From NCBI GenBank assembly GCA_043803405.1, contig JAZDKB010000029.1, forward strand, positions 8,106-72,105: 64,000 nt of DNA. The letters run 5' to 3'. The position numbers were made by a program, and so were the translations under genes. This DNA is from Spirochaetota bacterium (GTDB taxonomy: Bacteria; Spirochaetota; UBA4802; JAFGDQ01). A model generated the notes under the pieces. That model saw only the letters and a program-made list of their open reading frames with translations, searched no databases and was not told the origin of the DNA. Positions 20,388 to 31,277 of this stretch are shown piece after piece (the stretch's first letter is position 1; every line of letters begins with the position of its first letter).

Positions 20388-20520
20388 GAGCCTGTTTAAA
20401 ATCTTTTTTCAATAAAAACTACAAAAGCAAGTACCACCATTTGCAAACAGCCCATTTTGGCATTGTATCTGAAACTATAGATTATTCCAAAAGTTTTGCG
20501 ACTTTTCATATAAACGTTCA
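20388..20520 (-). mobile_element. Degenerate right end of an IS5-family (IS1031-like) element
   Basis: The minus strand encodes LQMVVLAFVVFIEKRF* followed by the terminal sequence acaggctc and taa. The upstream part is eroded. Confidence 0.6.
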
Positions 20521-20786
20521 ATTAGCAATAAAGCGAACATAAGACAAATATCTTTTTAAAAGTTTTATTCAAAGTACATTCTAAAAATAAGTTCTTCATC
20601 GCTGTACGATTTTGTAAAGAAATAAAATAGTGGAGTAAAAGAAAAACTTCCAACTTATTTTCCCGTTGACAATTTAAATGTCCTTAATTTATTTTATTGC
20701 GAAGATAACATGGGGAGTTTTGTATTAGAAATAGTTTCGAAATTTCTGACAATATTTATTTTTCATTATCAGAGCAGGATATTTTA

Positions 20787-21875
20787 ATGCAAATTGTAAT
20801 TTCAACTATTGCCCTTGCTCAGGGTGACGCTACAGGCAACGATATCTATTACGAATATCAAACCCTCAAAGAAGAAGGTTTTGATGTATGCTTATACGCA
20901 GAACAATATGACAGTTTTTATGCTTCATTTATAATAAGTCCCAAAAAGCTAAATGAGATTATATCTTTTAAAGAAAATTTGCTTATATATCATCATGGGA
21001 TTTACTGGGAACAGGGCGGGCAAATAATTAATAATGCCGGCTGCAAAGTGATAATGAAATATCACAATATTACACCAGCCGATTTTTTTAAAGAATACAA
21101 TACAGTTTATTATAATGATTCATTTCTGGGAAGAAAGCAAACAGAGCAGTTTGCAGGCAATAATAAATTTAACTTGTTTTTAGCAGATTCAGAATACAAT
21201 GCCGGGGAAATAGAAGATTATAGAGTTCCAAAAGAAAAAATTTTCGTATTGCCTCCATTTAATAAAATACATGATTTCGACTCAGTAAAATTAAACCTGA
21301 AGCTACTTGAAAAATTACAGGATGGGGAAATAAATTTATTATTTGTAAGCCGGGTTTTACCGCATAAAGGTCTTCATCATATTATTGAAGTACTTAAACA
21401 ATATATCAATTATTATGGTGATGCGATACGACTGAATATAATTGGAGGTATCGATACAGAATTAAATAAATATATGAATGAGCTTGAAGAACTCATTTGT
21501 CAAAATCATTTAGAGGAATATGTCTTCTTCCGTGGCAAAGTCAGCTTTAGCGAATTAAAGACATATTATGCATCCTCGAATGTTCTGCTGGTCATGTCCG
21601 AACACGAAGGCTTTTGCCTGCCAATCATAGAAGCGCAATATAATAAATTGCCTGTTATAGCTCTGGACAGATGCGCTGTTAAGGATACGCTTGGCAAAGA
21701 GCAGCTTGTGTTTCAAGATATTGATTATAAATTGTTTGCATCTGCAATTCATATCATTGTGAAAAATAATCATATACGAAATTATCTTTCAGATTCTGGA
21801 TATAAGAATTACTTAATATACAATAAAATAAATTTATCAAAAAAATTTTTAGATATTATTAATGAGATCTTCTAA
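20787..21875 (+). CDS. GT4 glycosyltransferase
   Basis: YHNITP, FVSRVLPHKG, SEHEGFCLPIIEA. Confidence 0.9.
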   Translation: MQIVISTIALAQGDATGNDIYYEYQTLKEEGFDVCLYAEQYDSFYASFIISPKKLNEIISFKENLLIYHHGIYWEQGGQIINNAGCKVIMKYHNITPADFFKEYNTVYYNDSFLGRKQTEQFAGNNKFNLFLADSEYNAGEIEDYRVPKEKIFVLPPFNKIHDFDSVKLNLKLLEKLQDGEINLLFVSRVLPHKGLHHIIEVLKQYINYYGDAIRLNIIGGIDTELNKYMNELEELICQNHLEEYVFFRGKVSFSELKTYYASSNVLLVMSEHEGFCLPIIEAQYNKLPVIALDRCAVKDTLGKEQLVFQDIDYKLFASAIHIIVKNNHIRNYLSDSGYKNYLIYNKINLSKKFLDIINEIF

Positions 21876-23088
21876 ACAAAAAATAGCTCTTATAGTACAA
21901 CGATCAGGTGAAAATATTATAGGAGGGTCTGAAGGATATACCCTATCAATGTCTAATATTTTAACTGATTCATTTGATATTGATATTATCACAACAACTG
22001 CAAAGGATTATCTAACATGGGAAAATGTCTATCCTGAAGGTGTATTCAAAATATCAGATTCTCTCAGGATAATAAGATTTAAGGCAGAATTTAAGCGTGA
22101 ACCTTACTGGTATGAGCTTGATAAAATAATTACAAAAAATATTCACCTCGGTATTTTTGAAAAATTAAGTTCTCAGGAACAGAAATCTTTTATCCAATAT
22201 ACGCACAAACTTCCATTGGGAGTTGGAGAAGAATGGATTAAATATAATGGCCCATATTCACCCGATCTTCTTCAATATTTATCTGAGAATGAGGATCATT
22301 ATAATTATTTCATTTTTATGACATATTTGTTTGCGACAACATATTTCGGAATCGATCGGATCAAAAATACCGAGAAGATTTATTTTGTCCCGACTTATCA
22401 CAATGAACCGTCTGCCTATTTACCAAATTTTTTAAAATATAATATGTATCATCATCTTTTTCTTACAAATGCTGAAAAGAATATTGCTGAACAATTTATA
22501 TATAGCAACTCAGTAAAAAATAATGTTATTGGGTTTGGCATTATGGATAGGCTGGATGAATTTTCCGCTAATTTTGAAAATATAAATGGCCAGTATATCC
22601 TTTATGCCGGGAGGCTTGAGGAAGGGAAAGGGCTGATAAATTTATTCAAGATGTTTGAAACATATTCGGAAGAAAATAGATTCTTAAAACTTTTTTTAAT
22701 TGGCGAAGGTAATTTAAAAAATTATAAGCATAAAAATATTATTTATAAAGGATTTGTCAGTGAAAAAGAAAAATTTTCATTAATGAAAAATGCGCTTGCT
22801 TTTGTTCATCCATCTGCTTTTGAGAGTCTTGGTATTGTGCTGCTTGAATCCTTTATGATGGGTACGCCTGCCATTGTAAACAGAAAGTCGGACGTTTTAA
22901 ATGAACATATAATCAATTCAAAAGCCGGCTATTCGTATGATAACTACGATGAATTCAGGGATAGCTTAAATCAATTGATTAAAGATAAAGATGCTTATGA
23001 AACCCTAAGTAAAAATGCTAGGGATTATTTTATTCAAAACTACTCCATAAAGGCTTATAAAAATAGATTACTTAATATTATTAGATAA
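21862..23088 (+). CDS. GT4 glycosyltransferase
   Basis: GGSE, YAGRLEEGKG, PSAFESLGIVLLES. Confidence 0.9.
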   Translation: MRSSKQKIALIVQRSGENIIGGSEGYTLSMSNILTDSFDIDIITTTAKDYLTWENVYPEGVFKISDSLRIIRFKAEFKREPYWYELDKIITKNIHLGIFEKLSSQEQKSFIQYTHKLPLGVGEEWIKYNGPYSPDLLQYLSENEDHYNYFIFMTYLFATTYFGIDRIKNTEKIYFVPTYHNEPSAYLPNFLKYNMYHHLFLTNAEKNIAEQFIYSNSVKNNVIGFGIMDRLDEFSANFENINGQYILYAGRLEEGKGLINLFKMFETYSEENRFLKLFLIGEGNLKNYKHKNIIYKGFVSEKEKFSLMKNALAFVHPSAFESLGIVLLESFMMGTPAIVNRKSDVLNEHIINSKAGYSYDNYDEFRDSLNQLIKDKDAYETLSKNARDYFIQNYSIKAYKNRLLNIIR

Positions 23089-23147
23089 ATCTATTCTTAT
23101 TTATCTTATATTATTTAAAAACATTTTATACATAAAATTGATTATAA

Positions 23148-25373
23148 ATGAATAAAAAATATATTAATTTGATAGCCGCTGTTGCTGTTGTTGCGATATT
23201 TATTTGTTTGGGTTTATGGAAATTCCATGACGTGCTCGTTAATCCTAATCTCTCTTTAACAAATCAGGGTGATGGGCTTTGGTATATAAGCGCTGTTCAT
23301 GCTTTTAATGAATTTGTTCGTGAAGGAAACTACTCGGCTCTCTTTGGAGATAAATTTCAATATGATATTTTAAGTTTATCCCTTACCGAACCGCTTTCTT
23401 CGAGTATATACTGGAAATGGAACTGGTATATTTTAGGCTCGTTTTTATCGCCAATAAAAGTATATGATATTAACGCCTTAATTGCGTTTGTATTGATAGG
23501 AATAGCCGGATACGTGCTGGCACGTGAATTGGGCGCGAATTTTATTATTTCGCTATTATCGGCTTTTCTCTTGAGCCATCTCGATGTTTTTTATCAACGG
23601 ATGGACGGACATCTATTAGGTCTTGGAACATACTATGCTCCAATTTTTTTAACATGGAGTGCAATACGCGCTGGTAAAAAAGCGATTTTATCGCGAATGT
23701 TAATATTTATTCTACTACTAATATTCAATTTTACTGTAAATGAATATTATGGTTATTTTGGTTTTTTCTTTGGCTGTTTATTATTCGCAGGCTATATTTT
23801 TGTTTATAATAAAAATTGGATTATACCCCGAAAAATTATTATCAGAAATATCTGCATTTCAATATTATTGTTCCTGGTACTTATGTGCATAATTTATCCG
23901 CATTATATTGGATCCAAATTAATTGGTGTTTTTAATTCGTATCTGAATATTTCTCCTGATCATCATTTTGCCTGGAATGAATTCATAGCGTACAGTCTAT
24001 GGAATCCGGCTACATTATTTATCCCGGGTTTTAATTTTTTAAGATTGTTTTTATGCAACATTAGTTTATATAATAGGCCGGTATTTCAAAATACTGTTGG
24101 AGAAATGACTTTTAGAATAGGAATTATTATTCCAGTTATTACATTAATTTCTTGTATTTATTATTTTATTAAATTCTATTCAAAAAAAATTAAATCAGAT
24201 ATATTTATTCATAATGAGTTTATTATTTGGGTTTATGCTGCTGTAATAATGGTCATTTTTTGCCTTAATCCAAGATATATTTTTTCTTTTGTTCCATTAA
24301 CATTTAAAATAGCGCCCATGTTCCGTGTTGGGGTAAGGTCTTTACTGTATTTTGACATTGCAATTATTGCTATGTTTATACTTTTTATGCAGAAAATAGT
24401 AAATGATTTAATACAGCGAGTAAACTTATTACCTCAGGATTTACATACTAAACGAATTTATAAAAGTACATTTGTCCTATCTTGTTTGATAATAAGTTAT
24501 TTCGCTTTAGCGGATGTTTCAAACAACAACTTTTTGAATAAGTTTTATTCTGTATCCCTTCCTGTCACAAAATCATATAGTATTTTAAAAGATAAACCAA
24601 ACGGTTTTCTTGTTGAGCTTCCGGTTTTTTCTCCGGTAATCACACCTCCGGAAGAAAACTACATTTATTTATATAACCGTATTTTTCATGGAAAGCCTAT
24701 ATTAAATACTGTCTATACCGGTTCCGAAAATGTTATCTTTAGAGAAGCTCTACACAAACTTTCCACACAAATGAATGCGCCGGATTCTAAATTGCTGAAT
24801 AAATTGAAAAGAGCGGGAGTTCAATATATTGTGGCAAATAAAAATTCTAAATTTGATTTTTCATATCTCAGCAGGACGGATTTACTTGAAAAAATAGCTC
24901 AGGATGATTGGCGAATTATTTATCAGTTTAAAAGAGAGAAGCCTGTAAATATCGATATAAATTCAGCCAGGGAATCATTTCTTGAACAATTTATTTTTGA
25001 TGGGACTGCCATTGCTGTATTATCAAAAGGATGCGGGCCAATAGTTAATATTGATAATGCATCTTTACGATCATGCGAGCAAAATGCGCTTATACAGCTT
25101 AAGAGTTATTATACAAGACCTGTACAACTGGAGTTATGTTTAGTAATTGAACCACTGGTTAGCAGCATTTCAGCATTGAATATAAGCAGTAAGTATTTTT
25201 CCGAAGAAGTAGAGCTTAAAACCAAAAAGGTGGTGTATAAAAAAAATATTACAATTCTATCTAACGAGAATATAGTATTGAAATTGAAAACTAATAGAGA
25301 TAGCATTTCATACGATAAAGAAAAAAATATTTATTCGTATTGGATTAAGACTATAAATTTAAAATTATTATAA
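23148..25373 (+). CDS. Polytopic membrane protein, probable GT-C-fold glycosyltransferase (YfhO-like)
   Basis: Many TM segments, GD in the first loop, PMFRV, LVELP and GKPILN in the soluble tail. Confidence 0.55.
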   Translation: MNKKYINLIAAVAVVAIFICLGLWKFHDVLVNPNLSLTNQGDGLWYISAVHAFNEFVREGNYSALFGDKFQYDILSLSLTEPLSSSIYWKWNWYILGSFLSPIKVYDINALIAFVLIGIAGYVLARELGANFIISLLSAFLLSHLDVFYQRMDGHLLGLGTYYAPIFLTWSAIRAGKKAILSRMLIFILLLIFNFTVNEYYGYFGFFFGCLLFAGYIFVYNKNWIIPRKIIIRNICISILLFLVLMCIIYPHYIGSKLIGVFNSYLNISPDHHFAWNEFIAYSLWNPATLFIPGFNFLRLFLCNISLYNRPVFQNTVGEMTFRIGIIIPVITLISCIYYFIKFYSKKIKSDIFIHNEFIIWVYAAVIMVIFCLNPRYIFSFVPLTFKIAPMFRVGVRSLLYFDIAIIAMFILFMQKIVNDLIQRVNLLPQDLHTKRIYKSTFVLSCLIISYFALADVSNNNFLNKFYSVSLPVTKSYSILKDKPNGFLVELPVFSPVITPPEENYIYLYNRIFHGKPILNTVYTGSENVIFREALHKLSTQMNAPDSKLLNKLKRAGVQYIVANKNSKFDFSYLSRTDLLEKIAQDDWRIIYQFKREKPVNIDINSARESFLEQFIFDGTAIAVLSKGCGPIVNIDNASLRSCEQNALIQLKSYYTRPVQLELCLVIEPLVSSISALNISSKYFSEEVELKTKKVVYKKNITILSNENIVLKLKTNRDSISYDKEKNIYSYWIKTINLKLL

Positions 25374-25476
25374 TAATTTATTACTGAGATTTATAAATAA
25401 TATTAGTTTTGTTGTCCCAACTTATAATTAATAAGGAAGCATCAATTATTTATTTTTTATCATATTGCTTTTCTTC

Positions 25477-25803
25477 TTAACCTAGTAATAAATAAATCGA
25501 AAAAATACCCAAAAATATTCCTATTGATTGCTTTAATGTAATTGTTTCCTTGAATAAAAGTATGCTTGATCCAATAACAAGAATCATTGTTCCAATCGTC
25601 ATTATTGGGCTAATTTTACTCAATGCAAAGTATTTTAAAATATACGCATATAATCCAAATGATAGGATATAACAGATACCTGCAAGGCTAAAAAACAAAT
25701 AAAAAGAAAAATCCTTTATCCCCCAAAAGCTTGATTTTTTAATCATCACTTGTGCAGTTGCACTGAATATGATACCAAAAACTATTAAAGTATATTTAAT
25801 CAT
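25477..25803 (-). CDS. SMR/EamA-type 4-TM protein, putative lipid-linked sugar flippase
   Basis: 108 aa, four hydrophobic helices, LFKETIT motif; overlaps the GtrB-like gene. Confidence 0.7.
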   Translation of the reverse strand: MIKYTLIVFGIIFSATAQVMIKKSSFWGIKDFSFYLFFSLAGICYILSFGLYAYILKYFALSKISPIMTIGTMILVIGSSILLFKETITLKQSIGIFLGIFSIYLLLG

Positions 25804-26728
25804 TGCTTTTCTCCTTTATTATGTAATTCGGCCGGCATTTTTGGGACATAAAGAGTCTGCCAAGGTATTCGCCAATAATACCAATCATTATAAGTTGAAT
25901 ACCACCAATAAAGGATATTACAATAAGTAATGATGTCCAGCCTTCTATTGCTTTATTCGTAAATAATCCGATATAGAGTGCGAACAAACCATAACAGAAT
26001 GAAAGAAAAGCAATAATCGTTCCTATTTTTGTTGAAAAATGTAATGGCTTTACACTAAAACTGGTAATTCCAGAAATAGCAAAACTAAACATTTTCCTAA
26101 AAGAATATTTTGTTTTTCCCCAAAATCTTTCTTCAGGCATATATTCAACACCGTATTGTTTAAAGCCGAGCCAACGAATAATTCCTCTAAAAAATAAAGG
26201 GCTTTCATGTAAAGGACGTATTACTTCAACAACAGAGCGATCAACTAATCTGAAATCTGCGCTTCCATGTTCTATTTTAATATCAGACAAAAAGTTGGAT
26301 AATTTATAAAATATTTTAGCTGTTATTTTTTTAATAGTTCCAGTTTTAGGGTCATCTTTTCGTAAGGTATATACAATATCATATCCTTCTTGCCATTTTT
26401 CAATTAGCTGAGGGATCAATTCTGGTGGATGCTGTAAATCACCATCCATGGAAATTACACAATCGCCTTTTGCATAATCCAGTCCTGCTTTTAAAGCGTT
26501 TTGGTGACCAAAATTTTTTGAAAAAGATAAATATTTAATGTTGGCATCGTTCGAATTGAGTTTTTTTATTACTTCAAATGTTCCATCTGTTGATCCATCA
26601 TCAATAAAAATAATCTCGTAATTTGAGTAAATTTTCAATACTTCATATAATTTTTTTATTAATAAAGTGATGTTGCCCTCTTCATTCATTATGGGTATAA
26701 CTACAGATAATTTAAAATCTTTATTCAT
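25796..26728 (-). CDS. GtrB/ArnC-like polyprenyl-phosphate glycosyltransferase
   Basis: DDGSTD, SKNFGHQNA, MDGDLQHPPE, two C-terminal TMs, GIIGEYLGR. Confidence 0.9.
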   Translation of the reverse strand: MNKDFKLSVVIPIMNEEGNITLLIKKLYEVLKIYSNYEIIFIDDGSTDGTFEVIKKLNSNDANIKYLSFSKNFGHQNALKAGLDYAKGDCVISMDGDLQHPPELIPQLIEKWQEGYDIVYTLRKDDPKTGTIKKITAKIFYKLSNFLSDIKIEHGSADFRLVDRSVVEVIRPLHESPLFFRGIIRWLGFKQYGVEYMPEERFWGKTKYSFRKMFSFAISGITSFSVKPLHFSTKIGTIIAFLSFCYGLFALYIGLFTNKAIEGWTSLLIVISFIGGIQLIMIGIIGEYLGRLFMSQKCRPNYIIKEKSND

Positions 26729-27121
26729 ATCTATTCACCTTATTGTGATTATTTTCGCTTTATTCGCCTTGATTTATTTTATAATGCAATTAAAAAAATA
26801 TTTACTAAAACGTTAGTTTTTTGGATTATAAAGTAAATAAAAAATTTTTGGGATTGGACAAAAAGTAGTAATAATTTAACGAAGCTTTTTGATATTTTTA
26901 CCACGTGACGCAAAAAAGAGAATCAAAAAGCTCACAAACCTTAATTCAATTGTCAGTTCCTGATTGACTTTTTCAGGATAAATGTTTCATTGATGTTATT
27001 TGCGTTATATTATATCCAATTTAGAATTTTTTCTTTATATAAAAAAGTAATTTATAAGTAAAAGGCTACCTTTACTTAACTTGTTAAACCTGATGTTGTG
27101 ACTTAAACGGACGGAGTTTTC

Positions 27122-27856
27122 ATGTTTAATAACTTTCCAAAAATGCGACCTTCTTTACCAAAAAAAATTGAAGACATTTACCTGGAACATTATATTGCGA
27201 ATCGGGAAGGTCGGACTGCTGCTTCTTTTGTAGCAAAAAAAATGGAATCCTGGCTGCATAGACAAGTTGCCAGTGACGTTGAGAATTTACAGAATACATC
27301 ATTGGCCACATTAGAAATAGGAGCCGGCACTCTTAATCAGCTGCTGTATGAACCAATTAATAATAAATATGATATAGTTGAACCTTTTAGTGATTTATAT
27401 AATAAATCATCTTTACTAGAAAATATTAGAAATATATATTGTGATATATCTGAAATACCCAAAGATAATAGATATAACAGGATCACTTCAGTGGCTGTCC
27501 TTGAACATGTTTGCAATTTGCCGGAAGTAATAGCGCGAAGTTGTCTTTTATTGTCAGAAAACGGTGTATTCCGATCAAGTATTCCCAGTGAAGGCACATT
27601 TTTATGGGGTTTATGCTGGAAATTGTCTTCCGGCCTGGAGTTTAAATTAAAATTTGGCCTTGATTACAGTATGCTTATGAAGCATGAACATATAAATACT
27701 GCAAAAGAAATTGATGATGGCTTAAACTATTTTTTTGAAAAGGTTAAATGTAAAGTTTTTGGATTATCAAAGTCGATTTCCATTTACCGGTATTATGAAT
27801 GCCGTATACCAAATATTAAAAGATGTGAAGAGTATTTGAAAACTCTTTCTAAATAA
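27122..27856 (+). CDS. Class I SAM-dependent methyltransferase
   Basis: LEIGAG, SVAVLEHV. Confidence 0.75.
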   Translation: MFNNFPKMRPSLPKKIEDIYLEHYIANREGRTAASFVAKKMESWLHRQVASDVENLQNTSLATLEIGAGTLNQLLYEPINNKYDIVEPFSDLYNKSSLLENIRNIYCDISEIPKDNRYNRITSVAVLEHVCNLPEVIARSCLLLSENGVFRSSIPSEGTFLWGLCWKLSSGLEFKLKFGLDYSMLMKHEHINTAKEIDDGLNYFFEKVKCKVFGLSKSISIYRYYECRIPNIKRCEEYLKTLSK

Positions 27857-27942
27857 AAAATTGTTTTTAAAGAATACAATTAATTGCTTTTTTTTATAAA
27901 TTATAAAGAAATAATCATAATTACAACTAAGGCAGCTAATAT

Positions 27943-28911
27943 ATGAAAAAAGCACTAATAACAGGCATTGCCGGCCAGGACGGTTCCTACCTGGCGGAGC
28001 TGCTCTTGTCAAAAGGATATGCGGTATATGGCATTGACCAGCAGTCTGTCATTGATGGCGGCGAAAAATATTTAAAGAATATTAATCCTATAATAAATAA
28101 AATCGATCTTTCTGTTGATTCTCTGCAAAGTATTTTTTCTGTTAGCAAAATAATTAAAACAGTTGCACCTGACGAATGCTATCATCTGGCGGCATCGACT
28201 TTTGTGGGTTACGCGTTTAAAGAAGAATTTGCTGTATTAAACAATAATATCAACAGCACGCATTTTTTACTTTCTTCGGTTAAGGAACATGCTCCATTAT
28301 GCAGATTTTTTTTCGCGGCCAGCAGCGAGTTGTTCGGAAATGCAGCGCATTCTCCTCAGAATGAGCATACCCCTTTTAATCCGCGTTCGATATACGGTAT
28401 TTCAAAACTCACCGGGTATAACCTTGTAAAGTATTACCGGGAGCAGCATGGATTATTCGCGTGCTCGGGCATACTTTATAATCACGAATCTCCCCGTCGG
28501 GGGAATAATTTTGTCACAAAAAAAGTTGTGAGTAAGGCAGTTAAGATTAAACTGGGTATAGAAGATGAATTGCTGCTCGGTAATATGGACGCGAAGCGCG
28601 ACTGGGGTTACGCGCCGGATTATGTTAATGCCATGCATCTTATGCTGCAGACGGAGAAACCGGACGACTACGTAATAGCGAGCGGAGAAGTTCACAGCAT
28701 TAATGAACTTACGGAGATAGTATTCTCGCATCTTGGGCTTGACTATAAAAATTACGTAAAGACTGATCCGGCTTTGCTAAGACCTGCTGAGGAACTCCTG
28801 TTATGCGGGAATTCGGTTAAAGCAATGAAGAATCTAAACTGGAGACGGACAAAATCCTTCAAAGAAATAATTATCGAAATGATTGACAGCGAAATGAAAT
28901 TATACAAATAA
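27943..28911 (+). CDS. gmd: GDP-mannose 4,6-dehydratase
   Basis: ALITGIAGQDGSYLAE, YGISK, LYNHESPRRG, RDWGYAPDYV. Confidence 0.9.
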   Translation: MKKALITGIAGQDGSYLAELLLSKGYAVYGIDQQSVIDGGEKYLKNINPIINKIDLSVDSLQSIFSVSKIIKTVAPDECYHLAASTFVGYAFKEEFAVLNNNINSTHFLLSSVKEHAPLCRFFFAASSELFGNAAHSPQNEHTPFNPRSIYGISKLTGYNLVKYYREQHGLFACSGILYNHESPRRGNNFVTKKVVSKAVKIKLGIEDELLLGNMDAKRDWGYAPDYVNAMHLMLQTEKPDDYVIASGEVHSINELTEIVFSHLGLDYKNYVKTDPALLRPAEELLLCGNSVKAMKNLNWRRTKSFKEIIIEMIDSEMKLYK

Positions 28912-28984
28912 AGTTTTAAGAATCACTCGTGTTTTTTCTTGGGTAAAATATTTCTGAGGCGTATCACAAATTCCATTTTAAGCT

Positions 28985-30109
28985 ATGATAAAAATCGGCG
29001 TAGACGGCAGAGCATTAACAAATGACAGTCCCGCAGGTGTAACCAGTTTTTTAATTGCTGCTCTGAATAATTTACCCGAATATCTTCCTGATGTACTTTT
29101 TCTTGTATTTTCCCATAAACATGTTTCAAAGGTAGCAAAACAAAGACTGAAGTCTTTTAACAATGTTAAATATATTCTGGAAGAGTTTGCATTTTTCTCT
29201 GAAATTGGAGTAGTATGGTTCCAGTTTAAACTTCCTTTTATATTAAAAAAATATAATGTAGATTATTTCTGGGGAGCGGGTCAGGTAATACCATTTTTTC
29301 TTCCTGATAAACTAAGAACAATAGTAACTATTTATGATGTCGTATTTTTGAAATATAAAAATACAATGTCGCTTCCAACATTGCTTGAAAGCATAATCTG
29401 GATCAGGAAGAGCATTAATAATTCGGATATTATATGGGCAATATCCGAATACACAAAATATGAACTTGAGAATGCTTTTCCTGAAAGAAAGTGTAAAGAG
29501 ATTTTCGTCGGATTATCTATTGAGCAGGATTGTTTTAGAAAAATTAAAGTTACTAAAAATGAAAAAAATGACTTACTTGTTAAAAATAAAGTGACTCATC
29601 CTTTTATTATATTTGTAGGCACTCTTGAACCAAGAAAAAATCTTCAGTTTCTTCTTTCCTTAATGCCGGAGCTTGCAATGAAGGGAATAAGTTTGCTTGT
29701 GATTGGCGGGAGAGGATGGAAACAGGCAAAGGTAATTTCCGGAATATTAAATCAGCCAAATTTTCCTAAAGAGAAAGTAATTTTTGCAGGATATGTTTCA
29801 TTAACTGAATTAATTAAGCTTTATAATGTTGCAGACCTGCTTGTTTCTGTTTCGTTGAATGAAGGTTACGGCCTTCCGTTGAAGGAAGCAATGTCGTGCG
29901 GCTGTCCGGTAATCTGCCCCGATAATTCCGCGATGAGAGAAGTTGTTAAGGATCCAAAAATGAAGATAACCGGCTGGGACAGGCAGGAATGGACAAATAA
30001 TATAACACGGCAAATTTTTTCAGGACAGAGATTGAAGAATAGTTCTTCCGGAATAAATGAGTGGAAAAACATCTCGAATGGTTTTAAAAAACGATTATGC
30101 GAATATTGA
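28985..30109 (+). CDS. GT4 glycosyltransferase
   Basis: VGTLEPRKN, EGYGLPLKEAMSCG. Confidence 0.9.
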   Translation: MIKIGVDGRALTNDSPAGVTSFLIAALNNLPEYLPDVLFLVFSHKHVSKVAKQRLKSFNNVKYILEEFAFFSEIGVVWFQFKLPFILKKYNVDYFWGAGQVIPFFLPDKLRTIVTIYDVVFLKYKNTMSLPTLLESIIWIRKSINNSDIIWAISEYTKYELENAFPERKCKEIFVGLSIEQDCFRKIKVTKNEKNDLLVKNKVTHPFIIFVGTLEPRKNLQFLLSLMPELAMKGISLLVIGGRGWKQAKVISGILNQPNFPKEKVIFAGYVSLTELIKLYNVADLLVSVSLNEGYGLPLKEAMSCGCPVICPDNSAMREVVKDPKMKITGWDRQEWTNNITRQIFSGQRLKNSSSGINEWKNISNGFKKRLCEY

Positions 30110-31242
30110 TTGATTATACACAGATCCCTGTTGAAAGACTGGGTGTAGGGAATTATGCTTATAACTTAATATTAGAGTTATTAAATATTGATAAAGTAAA
30201 TAAATATTTTGTAATTATTCAGGATGATGAAAACTCATTTAATAACATAGCGAACAGCAATTTTCATTTAATTAAAGTTAATCATTTATTATTCAGAAGG
30301 CTATTGTTCAGGTTTTTTCTGGAGCAGCTTTATATTCCTTTTTTAATTTTTATGAGCAAAATCGATATTGTCCATTCGCTGCATTACTCTTTCCCGCTTT
30401 TTAAATTTAAAGCAAAGAGGGTTGTGAATATATATGATTTAACTTTTTATTTATTTCCATATGTCCATCAGGTTTTTAAAAGGTACTATTTCCGTTTTTT
30501 TATAAAGCTTGCTGCATTGTTAAATAACAGGATTATATGTATTTCAAATTCGACATTGGACGATTTGATTAATATTACAGGTGCAAACAGCAAAGAGTGC
30601 AGTGTTGTATATTTAGGTAAGTCGGGCATTTACAAGCCATCTCGAAACATTAAGAAAATTAAAGAAATTAAACGTAAATATAATATCAATGGAAATTATT
30701 TATTATTCATTGGCACAATCGAGCCAAGAAAAAATATTGAATCATTAATTATGGCATTTAATAAAGTTTTTAAAAATAAAGACCCGGAAATTTCATTAGT
30801 AATTGCCGGGAAAAAGGGATGGTATTATAACGAAATTTTTGAATTAGTAAAAAAATTAAATATTAAGGATAAGGTAATCTTTACCGGATATGTTCTCGAA
30901 GAAGAAAAGCCATTATTGATAAACGGGTGTAAAATTTTTATTTATCCTTCAATATATGAAGGTTTCGGTTTACCGGTGCTGGAAGCAATGGCCTGCGGTG
31001 CACCTGTAATAACGAGCAATATTTCATCAATGCCGGAAGTTGCCGGCAATGGGGCGTTATTATTGAATAATCCAAAGGACGTAAACGAGATTGCTTCCAG
31101 TATTGAATCGCTCTTAACTAATAAAAAGGAATTGGCAAAATACAGAGCATTGGGATTAAAGCAGTCTGCAAAGTTCAACTGGAAATATACTGCGTTAAAG
31201 ACATTGGAGATTTATAAAACAGTAAATTCTCAAGAGCAATAG
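30097..31242 (+). CDS. GT4 glycosyltransferase (mannosyl/rhamnosyltransferase-like)
   Basis: [28 protein letters not shown]. Confidence 0.9.
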   Translation: MRILIDYTQIPVERLGVGNYAYNLILELLNIDKVNKYFVIIQDDENSFNNIANSNFHLIKVNHLLFRRLLFRFFLEQLYIPFLIFMSKIDIVHSLHYSFPLFKFKAKRVVNIYDLTFYLFPYVHQVFKRYYFRFFIKLAALLNNRIICISNSTLDDLINITGANSKECSVVYLGKSGIYKPSRNIKKIKEIKRKYNINGNYLLFIGTIEPRKNIESLIMAFNKVFKNKDPEISLVIAGKKGWYYNEIFELVKKLNIKDKVIFTGYVLEEEKPLLINGCKIFIYPSIYEGFGLPVLEAMACGAPVITSNISSMPEVAGNGALLLNNPKDVNEIASSIESLLTNKKELAKYRALGLKQSAKFNWKYTALKTLEIYKTVNSQEQ

Positions 31243-31277
31243 ACTTTCAATTCTAATTTATCAAAAATAACTGCTGA

